This document shows, in pieces, positions 41,208-53,900 of a stretch of DNA of 64,000 nt. The notes below the pieces were generated by a model. The model ran no database searches, was not told the DNA's origin, and saw only the letters and a program-made list of their open reading frames with translations. Location of the stretch: positions 10,891,263 through 10,955,262 of the forward strand of contig JAHRHZ010000002.1 of NCBI GenBank assembly GCA_024137785.1. The letters run 5' to 3'. Source of the stretch: Ginglymostoma cirratum (taxonomy: Eukaryota). Numbering within the stretch: position 1 is the first letter of the stretch; every line of letters begins with the position of its first letter. Made by a program: the position numbers and the translations under genes.

Positions 41208-41369
41208 AACTTCAAGTGAAGTGTTCTGCTTTTGCTTGACTAGGTCCAGGAGAAATTTGTCTGGGACTCCTCTGCAGTTAAAACGTTTGAACTGAAATCC
41301 ACACTGACTGCAAGAGCATTTGTCAGCAATGGACAATAAAATATATTTATGCAATAAATGATCAATAAA
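41139..41369 (+). CDS. Candidate terminal exon and 3'UTR of gene 1
   Basis: gtttacag acceptor. Phase 0 gives GSKAFERGSSETYALDFKNHRW* (stop 41205-41207); phase 2 gives DQRLLKEDLQKRMH*. Followed by three AATAAA. Confidence 0.45.
41335..41369 (+). terminator. Cluster of three polyadenylation signals
   Basis: AATAAA at 41335, 41353 and 41364. Confidence 0.5.
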
Positions 41370-41819
41370 AACAAATTTAGCGCTTGCAGAAAAACAATCT
41401 TTTATAACGCATATAATGACGATATAATTTTAATAGTTTCCAGACATGGTTAATTCTGCAAAAGTACGATGCTAATCCAGTAGTTGGGCCTCTGTCTCTG
41501 TTTGAAGACGATTTTGAATCTTTATGCTCAGAAATAGGAATGGCATAACTGAGCCACCATGTTGTTTCATCAGTCATATGTACCAGAGATCAATGCAATA
41601 AGTTGGAGATGTGCCTATTTTGAGAGAGAGCTCTAAATAACCAACTTGAATTTATTTACCAACATATCTTTTCGCTAATTAGTTTGTGTTTGGGAGTTGG
41701 GTTATTATATATTCGTTGTCTAAACATAAAAGATATAATTGGAGATTAACTTCATTTAACGCCGTTCCAAACATAATGAATGAGACACTTTTGTGTAAAA
41801 TCTAACTCTGTGCCTTCAG

Positions 41820-42790
41820 AATTAAGGAAACTTGAGGCTACTACGAGATCAAATCAAAGTTTGAACCTAAAGACGAACTGACGATTGCGATAATAGCAGA
41901 GTAAAGGCATTCTGAAACCAACTGAAGAGTCAATATGTACAATATTTCCCTTCTCGTGCTGTCGCCCTTTCTCTCATTAAGCCGATGCAGGTTCCCATTG
42001 AATGAGAGAAAAATACTTTCAATATATTGCAACGCCACTGCTAATATTCCTGCAACTTTAGTCTTGTCCTTCCTGTCTGTCAGATGTAATGAGCAATTCA
42101 GCATCATACAGGTTATACCAGTCATGGCGTTGACTACCAGATCGTCCATCACGCCACCCCATTAGAAATGTTATTTGAATAGAGAGAAAGTCCATGCAAA
42201 TGGGGACATTCACAATTCAAAGACACTACCCTAAAACTGTTTGTCCAAAGTTACAGTATCCGAAGTTTGTACTTAAGACTGGAAAGAGTAATGGGGCCTT
42301 TGGTGATGTAGGCATTTGTGAGGGGTGAGTGGATGGTGGCGTGGGTAAAGTGCAGTTGGCTTTGGGAGATGACAGTTGCTGAAACGGAGTGCCAGACATT
42401 CTTAATCGGAGTAAAATCTACCAGACAGACTCCTGTCTGCTCGACGAACTTACATTCTGTTTCTATCCAAAATGGGCAACTGAAACATTGAGTGGCTTCC
42501 AGCTGTGTGCGCGGGTACGGTGACCCTATCGACCATCCGAACATAAGTAGCTTAAGCACGACCATGATGGTTTCCAGCGCTCTTCGACACAGTGGCTAGA
42601 TTTCCAAGCAGTATTTTTCACAACCATAAAATCTCCTCTGGTATGTATTATGCTAAGACCCGTCCTTAATTATTCACGCTGCATGATATGCCAGTGCTGC
42701 CTTTGACTGACGACCGGGCATCAAAATCTGGACGTGCACAAACTCATCGTAACACGCTAAGATTGCCCTCCACCCGCCAACAGGATCTGC
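41820..42790 (-). pseudogene. Second, more decayed partial tandem copy of the EXOC3-like pseudogene
   Basis: Aligns with 43090-43130, 44003-44510 and 46060-46410. Acceptor AG->AA at 42171, in-frame TAA at 42164-42162, a frameshift near 42470 and an internal deletion. Confidence 0.65.
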
Positions 42791-44511
42791 TTAACTTCCA
42801 ACTTTCACTTTCTTACTTCAAAAATACACTTTATTCATGAAAAAATATCTTTGTACATATGCATTGTCATAAATGCAGTTCTGTTCCGGATAGTTGCACA
42901 TCAAGTGAACAAACATTTGAGTTTGACTCTATCCCAATAAAGAAACAAACAAAATAATCTCTTACACTTACAAAACAAATGTATATGCACTGATGCTATA
43001 GGAGGGTCCGACAACAGAACGGACCCCCATTTAACTTCGGCAGAAACACCTCAGACATTGGTCTTGCTCCATTGCGCCCTGGCAGCGTTAATAGCAGAGT
43101 AAAGGCATTCTGAAGCCAATTGAAGAGTCTCGAGCCTATAAAGAGTGATTTTCAATCACTGAGAGAATCGTCTTGATTAAATCTGTGAGTGTCAATGTCT
43201 GGAACAACTTTAAAACGAACTGTTTGTAACAGCTTTCGCACTTGAATCCGATGGTAAGCCGACTCGAATAAGGTATGTCGTTATTCGCAAACTTGTTAAT
43301 ATTTACACAGATGGGGATAGCGAGGAAAGACAAATGAGACTTAGAATAGATTGATTCTCCTGTCCAGATGAAATTCTCCCAATGCTTTGTAAAAGCAACT
43401 GAAACAGGAATATGGACGAACCCTATGCCTGTAATTTTCGTTTGGAACTGTTCCCTAAATCATCGAGGATGCAAGTTATATGTCCAAACGTTTAATACGA
43501 TAACGCGGAGCAGAGTGACTAAACTCATTTTATCTTGTGCTTTCGGTAATATACCAGATGACTGCAGATATTCTCACAGCTTGCTTGTGGCGTTCTGACG
43601 TTATGCGAACCAGCTTTGATTTGATTGTGCCAGAGCATTGAGTGGTGAAAAAGTTTGGCTCGCATCTATAATACAGAAGGGCTAATGACGGGCACTGCAG
43701 TGAGTACACGGCATGTGGTTGAGTGGGTGGGCCTGTCAGGTTTAATGGCTAGTATGGCAGCAGAAATGGCTCAGCTGGCCGCCCACTACTTTACATCCAA
43801 AGCGTGGAAATCAAGATGATGGCACCGTTGAAAAATCTCTCCACTTCCACGCTACATCAAGAGCGCGCCATCGGTCAAGAAATGCATTGTCTTACCGATA
43901 GCATTTAATTCTTTTTTATGAACTCTTGCTCTCTGCTGTTTCAACATTGAGACAACTCTAATTATTTTACCTGTTTCGGGGTGCAAATTAATATGAGTTT
44001 TTGTACAATATTTCCCTCTTAGTGCTGTCGCACTTTCACTCATTAAACCTACGAATGTTCCTCCTGAACGAGAGAACAAGGCTTTCAATGTATTGTAACG
44101 CTGCTGCTAATATTCCTACAACTTTAGTCTTGTCCTTCCTGTCTGTCAGATGTATTGAGCAATCCAGCATCATACACGTTATACCGGTAATAGCGTTGAC
44201 TACCAGATCGTCCATCACGCCACCCCGTTTGAAATGCTATTTGAAAAGAATGAAAGTCCATGCAAACGGGGAGATTCACAGTTCAGATAAAAGACTAGCC
44301 TAAAACTGTGTCGATCCCACGTTACAGTATCCAAAGTTTGGACTTAAGACTGTAAAGGGTATTGGGGCCTTTTGTGATGTAGGCCTTTGTGAGCGGTGGG
44401 TGTATGGTGACGTGGGTAAAGTGCAATTGGCTTTGGGAGCTGACATTTGCTGAAACGGAGTGCCAGACATTCTTAATCGGAGTAAAATCTATCAGCCTCA
44501 CTCCTGTCTGT

Positions 44512-46057
44512 CTAATAGAGGTACTAAAAGAGGTTATGGGGGAAATAGCAAATGCACTAGTAATTATGTACCAAAATTCACTGGACACTGAGGTGGTTCC
44601 CGCAGATTGGAAAACAGCCAACGTGACGCCACTGTTTAAAAAAGGAAGTAGACAAAAAGCAGGTAACTATAGGCCAGAGTAGTGGGGGAAATGCTTGAAT
44701 TTGCAATTAAGGAAGAATAGTAAGACATCTGGATACAAATTCTCCAATTGGGAGCACCCACCATGGGTTCATGAAGGGGAGGTCATGTTTAACTACTTTG
44801 GTGGAATTCTTTGAGGACACTACTTGCATGGTGGATAATGGGGAACCTGTGGATGTAGTGCGTCTGGATTTCCAGAAGGCATTTGACAAGGTGACACACC
44901 AAAGGCTGCTACATAAGATAAACTTGCTCGGTATTACAAGTAATGTATTGGCATGGATAGAGGATTCAATGATTAGTAGAAAGCAAAGAGTAGGGGTCAA
45001 TGGGTGTTTTTTTCTGGTTGGCGGTCAGTGGCTAGTGGTGTGCCTCTGGGATCAGTTTTGTGACTGCAATTATTTACAATTTATGTAGATGATTTGGAGT
45101 TGAGGACGAAGTGTGTTGTATCAAAATTTGCAGATGGCACGAAGATGAGTGGTCGAGCAAAGTGCGCAGAAGACACTGAAAGTCTGGAGAGGGATATCAA
45201 TAGTCCAAGTGAGTGGGCAAAGGTCTGGAAGATAGAGTACAATGTTGACAAGTGTGAGGTCATCCATTTTGGTAGGAATAACAGCAAAATGGACTATGTT
45301 TTAAATGTGAAAAAATTGCAGCACGCTGCTGCGCAGAGGGACTTGGGTGTCCTTGTGCATGAGTCGCTACAAGAAGGATTGCAGGTGCAGCAGGTAATTA
45401 AAAAGGCAAATGGAATTTTGTATGTCATTGCTAGAGGGATGGAGTTCAAAAACAGGGAGGCTACGCTGCAGCCGTTTTGGGCCCTGGTGAGGCCACACCT
45501 GGAGTACTGTGTGCAGTTTTGGTCTCCTTACTTGCGAAGGGATATACTAGCACTGGAGGGGGTGCAGAGGAGATTCACACGTTTGATTCCAGAGTTGAGA
45601 GGGTTGGATTATGAGGAGAGACTGAGTAGACTGGGATTATATTCATTGGAATTCAGAAGAATGAGGGGAGATCTTATAGAAACATATAAGGTTATGATGC
45701 GAATAGATAAGGTGGAGGCAGGTGTGGTTGTTTCCACTAGCAGGTGAAACTAGATCTAGGGGGCATAGCCTCACAGTAAAGGGAAGCTGATGTAGGACTG
45801 AGGTCAGGAGGAACTTCTTCACGCAAAGGGTTGTGAATCTGTGGAATTACCTACCTAGTGAAGCGGTTGAAGCTACCTCGCTGAATGTGTTTAAGGCAAG
45901 GATAGATAAATACTTGAACAGTAAAAGAATTAAGGGTCATGGTGTGCTTGCGGGTAAGTGGAGCTGAATCTCAAAGATCAGCCATGATCTTATTGAATGG
46001 CAGCGCAGGCTCGAGGGGCCAAATGGCCGTCTCCTGCTCCTAGTTCTTATGTTCTTA
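44512..46057 (+). mobile_element. 5'-truncated CR1-clade LINE (RT and C-terminus)
   Basis: ORFs DWKTANVTPLFKKG, LDFQKAFDKV, SKFADGTK and RPHLEYCVQFWSP; (TTCTTATG)n tail; TGTCTGT target-site duplication at 44505 and 46058; absent from the duplicate copy at 42435. Confidence 0.92.
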
Positions 46058-46449
46058 TGTCTGTTCGACGAACTTACATTCTTTTTCATTCCAAATACGC
46101 AACTGAAACATTGAGTGGCTTCCAGGTATGTGCGAACGTACGTTAACTCTATTGACCATCCGAACGTAATTAGATTATGCATGACCATGATGGTTTCCAG
46201 CGCTCTTCGACACAGTGGCTAGATTTCCAAGCAGTATTTTTCACAAACATAAAATCTCCTCTTTTATGTATTGTGTTAAGACCCATCTTTAATTATTCGC
46301 ACTGCGTGATTCGCCAGTCCTGCCTCTGACTGACTCCGGGGCATAAAAACCTGGACGCGCAGAAACTCACTGCAACACACTAAGATTGCACCCCCCACCC
46401 CCACCCGCAAGCAGGGTGTTTTTGGTTTCCCACTTCCTTTTTCTGATTT

Positions 46450-46800
46450 CAGAAATATACTTTATTCTTTAAAAATGCCTTTGTTTATATGCGTTGTCAC
46501 AAATGCAGTTCGGTTCCGTCCAGTTGCATGTCAAGTGAGCAAACAAGCATTTGAGTTTGACTCTATTCCAACAAACAAAAAACATCTCTTTCACATACAA
46601 GACCAAATTTGCATGCACTAAAGGTCTAGGAGGGTCCGATAACAGAACGGGCACCCATTTACCTTCAGCAGAACGACCACGGACAGCAGTCTTTCCCCAC
46701 CGCCCTTTGGCAGCAGCTGCCCCAAGCTTTAGTGCGTCCCTCAGCAGGTAGTCCTGGACCTTGGAATGTTCCAGTCTGCAACACTTGACCGGGGTCAACT
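46450..46800 (-). mobile_element. Tx1/L1-clade LINE 3' end
   Basis: CCRLEHSKVQDYLLRDALKLGAAAAKGRWGKT C-terminal motif, then 3'UTR and AATAAA. Shorter copies at 42810-43087 and about 49745-49805. Confidence 0.65.
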
Positions 46801-47755
46801 AAAATTTTCAATGCCACTGCCCAAATTTTACTGAAGGAAGCTGTTCTGCCACATACACTGTTCAGAGAACGGGGCCACGACGCTCGGGACAGGGGTTCCG
46901 AACCTATCAATTTTCAATTATTGACGTTCGGCGAAAACTTACCACCCACCTGCTCCGTGCTTCTCTCCTACTCATAACAGCAGTAAATGCATCCCAGAAA
47001 TGTCCAGCCTCGCACCTGTTATTATTAGGGCAATGATAAAGAAGCCTTTTTCTCTGGTTTAAAAAATTGCCCCTCATCCCACCCCCAAACCTGTTTTCGA
47101 CCATCCCGTGAGTAAATTCAGTTACCACTGGAGATTGGGACATTGAGAGGCCGGATGACGTCAAGAGATGTAACCATCCAATACAAAGAGCTGGCTTTTT
47201 TTTTTGTTTTGTCAACGCACGCAATGTTTTTTAGTTTCATAGACACGTATGTAGGTAACAGACCAAAACAGGTTTGTTTTCCACCTTCAGCTATTTTTAA
47301 CACAGAGCTCCCAGCCTTATGTAAGAATTGAATTGAGTGAAGTGGAAGAACAGCACCTGGCGTCACAATTGTTCTCTCGTTACAGCGACATTTCGCTCCC
47401 GCTGATCACAATCCCGCCGCCGAATATTGGACTTGTCCAAGAAGGTTATAAAAGCGAATACACATGCTTTTTGATTTCATCTTTGTCCTGCCATACTCTT
47501 CCCCCACAACCCCCGCCCCCACCCACACACACACACACATACGTACACACCCATAGAATCTCTTACCTCGGAGCAAGAAACAATTCAGTTGGTCACATTA
47601 GCCCGCGTCTCTCCAGTGGTCTTTCACAATGGGCCTCTTCAAGTTGCCATGCAGTTTCTTTTTCTACAACGACTACCGGGAGCGCCGGTCCCAAGGTCCA
47701 GTAACGAGCAAGTTCGTTTGTTGACGACTTCTCCACCGGAAGGTGGCGCTGTGAT

Positions 47756-47982
47756 TGAGCTGGATGAACCCAGCCGGCCCAGCAGCATCAGAGGAGCAGG
47801 AAGGCTGATGTTTCGGGTCGGGACCCTTCTTCAGAAATTCGTCAGAATTCTTCATTTCTGAAGAAGGGTTCCGACCTGAATCGTCAGCTTTCCTGATCCC
47901 CTAATGCTGCCTGGCCTGCAGTGCTCCTCCAGCTCTACACTGTGTTATTTCAGACTCCAGCATCAGCAGTTCTTACTATGTC
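47756..47982. mobile_element. Palindromic Penelope-terminus insertion with 12-bp TSD
   Basis: Two inverted copies of the ctgaagaagggtcc...gatgctgcctggcctgc terminus, flanked by TGGCGCTGTGAT at 47744-47755 and 47983-47994. Confidence 0.75.
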
Positions 47983-50900
47983 TGGCGCTGTGATGGATTT
48001 TGTCATGGATTTTGAGACCCACTGGGTTCAGGACTTAGGCTCTGGAATCATGGGTCAACTCTTCCCACGGCAGCCGGTGGAATATACACGCAGTTGGTAA
48101 ATAAGCAACGTTCATGTGTTTGCCTCGGCGCTGTGGATCATGCAACGATCATGTCAGTAGTTGTTCTAATACAATTAGTGACCCTGTGGGGAAGGAAGTT
48201 TGTTATTCCCATCCAGTGTACCATACATATGTGGCAAAACCACAGCAATGTGTAAATGCCTGCTGAAATGGCTCGAGGGCACATTGGTATGCGCAGGCAA
48301 CATCCCATGTAAGAACAAACAGAAACAACTCGTAGCCGACAGTGATGTATCCTTATAGTTGCTAATAAGACCGTTATTTTGGGAGATGTGACAAGTGGAG
48401 AAAGGGGCAATGCATTTTAGGACATCTCCAGCTCTCCCCCCAACCCCCCACCCCCACCCCCGATTTCTGACACGATATCACAGAGAGTTCCAGACGTTTA
48501 GCTCTCACAGTGAGCTGTGTTCCATATCCTAGGCATGATTTTCACGGTGCACTAATACACCCGTCATCGCTCACGTTCAACTCATTCATTAGAATCGAAG
48601 CACCATGTAAAAGAGGTACTTTAGGAACCTGTGGTCATGGACTCCACTGATGTTCCTGCAATCATTACGCCATCTACAGGACCTTATCAAAAGACATTAA
48701 GAAAGACGAACAGGGACAGTCATTTCGGTCCCGCAAGCCTGCTCTGCCACTCAATAGAATTATGGTCGATCATACGTTCCTCATATCCAATTTTCTGTGT
48801 TTTCCCCGTTGCCTTTGTTTCTCCTGCCTAGATCAAAATCTATCTATCCCAGCCTTAAAGGTACGCTAGAACTTTGATACCATAGATGTCTGTGTTAAGG
48901 AGTTACAAAGCCCTCAGAGCCCTCTGAGAGAAGAAATTCCCCCTTATCCCAGTATTGAATTCATGCCCCTTTATTCTGAGGCTACACCCTCTGGTCCTCC
49001 GGAGAGCTGTCTGCAGCCCACTGAGTGGCTGAGCACTAACTGTACTTCCGTCTCCGGAATCCTGCAAAATCCATTCCTTTGGAGGCTCCCAGTCCAATTC
49101 CTGAAAGCCAGATATGAAAAAGGAAGTAGGACATTTGAGAGTCAGTTGGCCAGAATAAACAGCAGCAAAAATATGCAACAAGCACAACGGCAAAAAGCAA
49201 ATTAGTACCAATGCCGAGATCGAAAATTCAAACAGAAGCTGCTGTAAATTTTCCACAGGTCTAGCAGCATCTGTGAAGTGAGAAATAGTGTTAAAGCTCC
49301 TGGTCCAATTAGACTGTTATCCAGAATGGAGGAGAATGGGATGGAAAAAGTTCTTCAAATTCCCTGTAAACGTTCTGCCCTTCACCTTAACCTGATGACC
49401 TCTCATTATTGATTCTTCAAATAAGAACAGTTGCTTCCTATCCATCTTGTCGTTGCCCCTCATAATCTCATGCATTTATGTCAGATCCTCCCTCAGCCTT
49501 CACACATACACAATCACACAAACGCGCACTTTCTCTCATACTCGCACGCACACACAAACACACACATACAATCAGACGCACACAAATACATAAATCTGTG
49601 AGGTGCATGGACAGATATATTCTGTTTTGTTCAGAAAGCACACAATTTGTAGGCAGTCAATGTGGAATTTTATAAATCTGTACTTTCGAAATAAAACAAA
49701 TCTGATTCATTTAACTTTTTATTTATTTATTTAACATAGTTAACTTCATCAGAAAGACCTCAGACGGTGCTCTTTCCCCACTGCATCTTGGCAGCAGCTG
49801 CCCTTCACAATAAAATGATGCCCTCTCATCGTTGATTCGTTAAATGAGAGCAGTAGTTTTCTATCCCTCTTGTCGATGACAGTCAAAATCTCACCATTTC
49901 AGCCAAGTTCCCCGTAAGCCCTCTCCACTCCAAAAAAGAAGGGATGACACAACCAACATCAATTGACTCGATGGCTGTGAAAGTGACCACTGGATGATGG
50001 AATAATTGCAAAGCAAACGGATGTGTATGTTAAGTCCATCATGAATCATCATGAGTCCTGCACCGTTCTTATGTTCCTGCTCGTTCATGTAGCAGCTAAA
50101 TATTGAAGTTAAGTTTTCTAAAACTGAAACACAGCTGGTTCATGGAAGCACACAGGGAGAAATTTCACCATTAATACTCCGACTGTAGTCTTGTTGAGGG
50201 AAGGTAATTTCAACTTTCTGTGTTAAATAGGTCGTATCGAACTAGCAACATATTATTGACCTCACCTGCTTCTCCCAGGCACTGGACACGGTGCTGTACA
50301 AGTCACACATTGTGAATGACCTGGACCCATTTTGATTACCACCATTTATCACCATGGGAAAAAAAATGAAGTGGAATTTATGTGCTCACCCCAATATTCA
50401 GTCAACACTAAATTTTAATGCATTCTCAGTTCCAATAAGTGACTGATGAATTTCGTGCTCATTGTCATCAGACGGCACGAATATCAGGACGATGGTAAGG
50501 CAGGCGCCGAGTTCTCAGGGCGATTATTTTGCAGGTGGCAAGTTAAAAGCTCGTCCCATTAACTTGTCGATGCATGAATCATTGCAGTTTATTGAAAGTG
50601 TTGACTTTTCATCTCATTGAAATATTGTAGAGGCGAGAGATATAAGATAGAAAGAAACACGAAGTGCCGGAGAAACGCAACAGGTTTTACAGCATCTGTG
50701 CAGAGAGAAACACAGTCAACCTTCACGTGAGGTGTGACTGTACTTCAGAAATGAAAACCACTGGAAGGTACTGAACGAATGATTTATTTTGTGTCACTTG
50801 CATTTTACAGTGAGTAATATAGCAAAATACAGTGAAAACCTTCAACCGTCGCCACATCCCGGCACCATTTTGAATAATTTCAGCAGAAACAGAATAGAAG

Positions 50901-53900
50901 ATATAACTGAAAGAAAATAGAGCAATATTACAAAAGATAAGGTGATATGTTTTCTGCTGGGGTAAAAAAAATAAAAATATAAAACGTGCCTACAGAACAG
51001 TGTCAGGGTAGATGATTGAATGGAATATAAACGAAATCACAAAATGACCCAAATCAAATAAGAGGGACACCGTAGAATACAAGACAAAGCTAACCAATAC
51101 TATAGAATGTGGAAAGCCTGCGTAAGGGTCACTGGACCCAAAACAGTAATTGATTTCACACTACGAATGCGGCCAGACAGGATGAGTTTTCCCAGAAGTT
51201 TCTGTTTCTGTTTCTGATTCCCAGCTTGAGTAGTTCTTTCGGGTTTTTGTTGTTGAATGTGAATTCAGATTTCAACCGACTCTGTAAATATTTAAAGAAA
51301 CAACGAGTTAACAAAATGAGCACAGTACCTATAGTAAATGAGAGCACAGCATTGACAATCGAAAGTAAGGAAATGGCAAATTAATTGAACTTGGAAGGAT
51401 GAACTCAGAAAAATCACAGTAATGTTGAAATTCTTGGAATGCATTTTGATACAAGCTCGGGTCCTGAAGAACTTCGTTCTAGTCATCGAACATATATGTC
51501 AAATGAAACCGTGGTGCATTGTTTTTAATTTTCCAAAAGTCACTCGATTCCAGAATTGTCCGTTCAGATTGGATGGTAGTGAATATAACTTCTTTATGAC
51601 TGGGAGGGTGTGGGTGGGGGCCAGTGGTGGAGGGGTCAGTAGGAAACTAAAGTCCAATCAGATTATCATCTGTCATCGAGGAAATGTTTGAAGTTCTTTT
51701 GAAAGAATCTACAGTAGAGAAGGTTAATAGAATGGTAGTTTTCTTTTCCAAATGGAATGGTGTTTAATGATAGTGAGGTTTTGAAAGAACTACACAGGTC
51801 ATTAGTCAGATCACATCTCGAATACTGTGAATAGTTTTGGTCCCCTTATCTCGGAAAAGATATCCTGGTGTTGGAGGCAGTACAGCAAAGATTAACTAGA
51901 TTGATCACGAGTATGGGATGACTGTCTTCTCAGATGAAGATTGAGTCTATTTGGTATGTACTCATGATGTTTTAGAACAATGAACGGCCACCTTTATGAA
52001 AACATCCAAGATTCATTGAGGTCTTGATAGCGTAGAATCATTAAGATTCCTTCCTTTTGTGATAGTGTACAGGCCCTCAACGCAGAGTTATTGCAGAGTT
52101 ATTGAGTAAAGGTATGGAATTGGAGTTGAGGATGATCAGGTCACCCGTGATCTCATTGATTTGATGGACCAAATGACGATTTCTTCTCTTATGTCTTGTG
52201 GTCTTATGTCACGTGATATAAAATTAAGAGTGACTATTTATAAGGGATTAAGTCTTTGCTCAGAGGCTGTGGAATGGGTAGATATTTGTACATATAACTT
52301 CAATGCTTGGTTATCGTGGTTTACTTATCCCGAGAAATCTTTCAAATATCGTAGACTTTGCAATGTCAACTGTTCATCGCCGGGGATTTTCAGCAGATAA
52401 TTTAAAAAAAGACATAACGTTGAATGAATTCCTGTCAGGATACTTTAAGCCAACCGCCTAGAATCAGTGATGGTTGAAAGTTCTGCTAATTGATCTCAAA
52501 ACTTGCTGATACAGTTGGGATCTGGTTTGTTCTCTGGTATCTATCTGGAGATGCAATGAATTGCATTCACATTTTTCTCACAAGGGAGAGATGAACTCAA
52601 AATAATTCTCTACTCCTCACATATATTAAAACAACCAATCTCCTTGTAAACGCCTTCAGTTAATTATTGAAAGGAAAGATAGTTCAGTTAACTCAACCTG
52701 TCTCAAAACATTCGACATGACCAGTAACATGCGGTTTGTCTTTTTAACCTCTGAAGTTTTTTTTTTGCACATTATGTTAAGTATCATACGTTGTGGAGAT
52801 CGATAACTGCATCTGTTTCACCGAAGCACAGCATTTTGCACTTTTAAAACAACCATCGTTTGCAGTTGAGTTCGGTTTTTGCTGTTGGGATACACAATTG
52901 ACAACTCTCAAGCGTATCCTGTCTGGTTGAAAGTGAGATATAAATAATACAAACATAAACTCTTGTCTGATGCTGACGTGCACATCTCTGCGGTCCTACA
53001 CGACTTTTCGCATTAAAAATACTGCACTAAACTGATGAAATATCATCTGACTAAATATCACCATCTGTGGCTAATTGTCATACTTTATTTTGTCAAGAAT
53101 TTGAGCACTTAATTTACAATAAAAGTGCATTATAAATTTAAATAGTTGCTCACAACTAAAATGACAAGAACCTATTATTCCATTTTTTCGAAAGTCTTTC
53201 CAAATTGCTGAAGTAAATCTTAAGATATATGAAACAACTCAAGTTAAACAAATTTTAAAACATTCTTGCGCAAAAGGCGTTCGGAAGGGCCACTTCCTGC
53301 TGTTTCTCACATCTGAACTATTTGTATCGATTCCTTAAAGAGAGAACCATGCATTGATGAGCTTGCAAAACTCAAAAAGGCACCTTGTTTCCCACATTAC
53401 TTTTCCTATTTCGGTTTTCTCCCTTTAATCGATATTAAACCTAACCCTACCTAACCTCATTTGGGAAAACATACTTTAAGACATAGAGTCAGAGAGATCT
53501 AGAGCACAGAAGGCCCTTCAGCCCATTGAGTCTGCACATGATCAAAAACAACGACATAAGTATTCTAATCCTATTTTCCAGATTTTGGTACACAGCCTTG
53601 CATGTCTTTGCATTGTAAATCTATATCTAAATACTTCTAACTTTAACGAAGGCTATCGCCTCTGCCATTCTTACAGGAAGTGAACTCCACTTTCGCACCA
53701 CCTTCTAGGTGAAACTAAATATTGTAACATTACCTTTGAATCCCCTACCCCTACATTATGCATGCATGCATATATAATACATATATATGTGTGTGTAGAT
53801 AAGTATCAGTAAATACACATATTAGTAATGCAACCTCTGCTAAATCGCCCAGTCACCCCGAACGTAAGGAAACCAACCACATTTTGCCTAATCTTTCTCG

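Larger units (their letters stand above)
43089..48183 (-). pseudogene. EXOC3/Sec6-family (EXOC3-like/TNFAIP2-like) intron-containing pseudogene
   Basis: Minus-strand peptides are collinear with human EXOC3 as recalled: VTNCIRTTTDMI~VPEIVRETQDLI (48180-48145); STNELARYW~SDELAKQLW (~47700); WMVTSLDVIR~WLVRHLEIIR (47180-47151); WVLTQYIKEEIL~WVLNTYTSTEMM (46285-46250); LQYIESLVLSFRRNIRRFNE~LQQMNSFLSRYKDEAQLYKE (~44100-44039); ICVNINKFANNDIPYSSRLT~ICVTVEDYFNDFAKIKKPYKKRMT (~43310-43255). Contains stops, frameshifts and TE insertions. Confidence 0.65.

Noticed and set aside
42251-42565. Minus ORF MVVLKLLMFGWSIG...TQCFSC as a Ly6/uPAR three-finger protein
   Set aside because: The duplicate copy shows that the later Cys arise from a frameshift and intron read-through. 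The surrounding blocks fit EXOC3/Sec6 collinearly.
45094-45747. 217-aa ORF as a host gene or active RT
   Set aside because: It is part of a 5'-truncated, frameshifted CR1 LINE with the catalytic FADD mutated to FADG.
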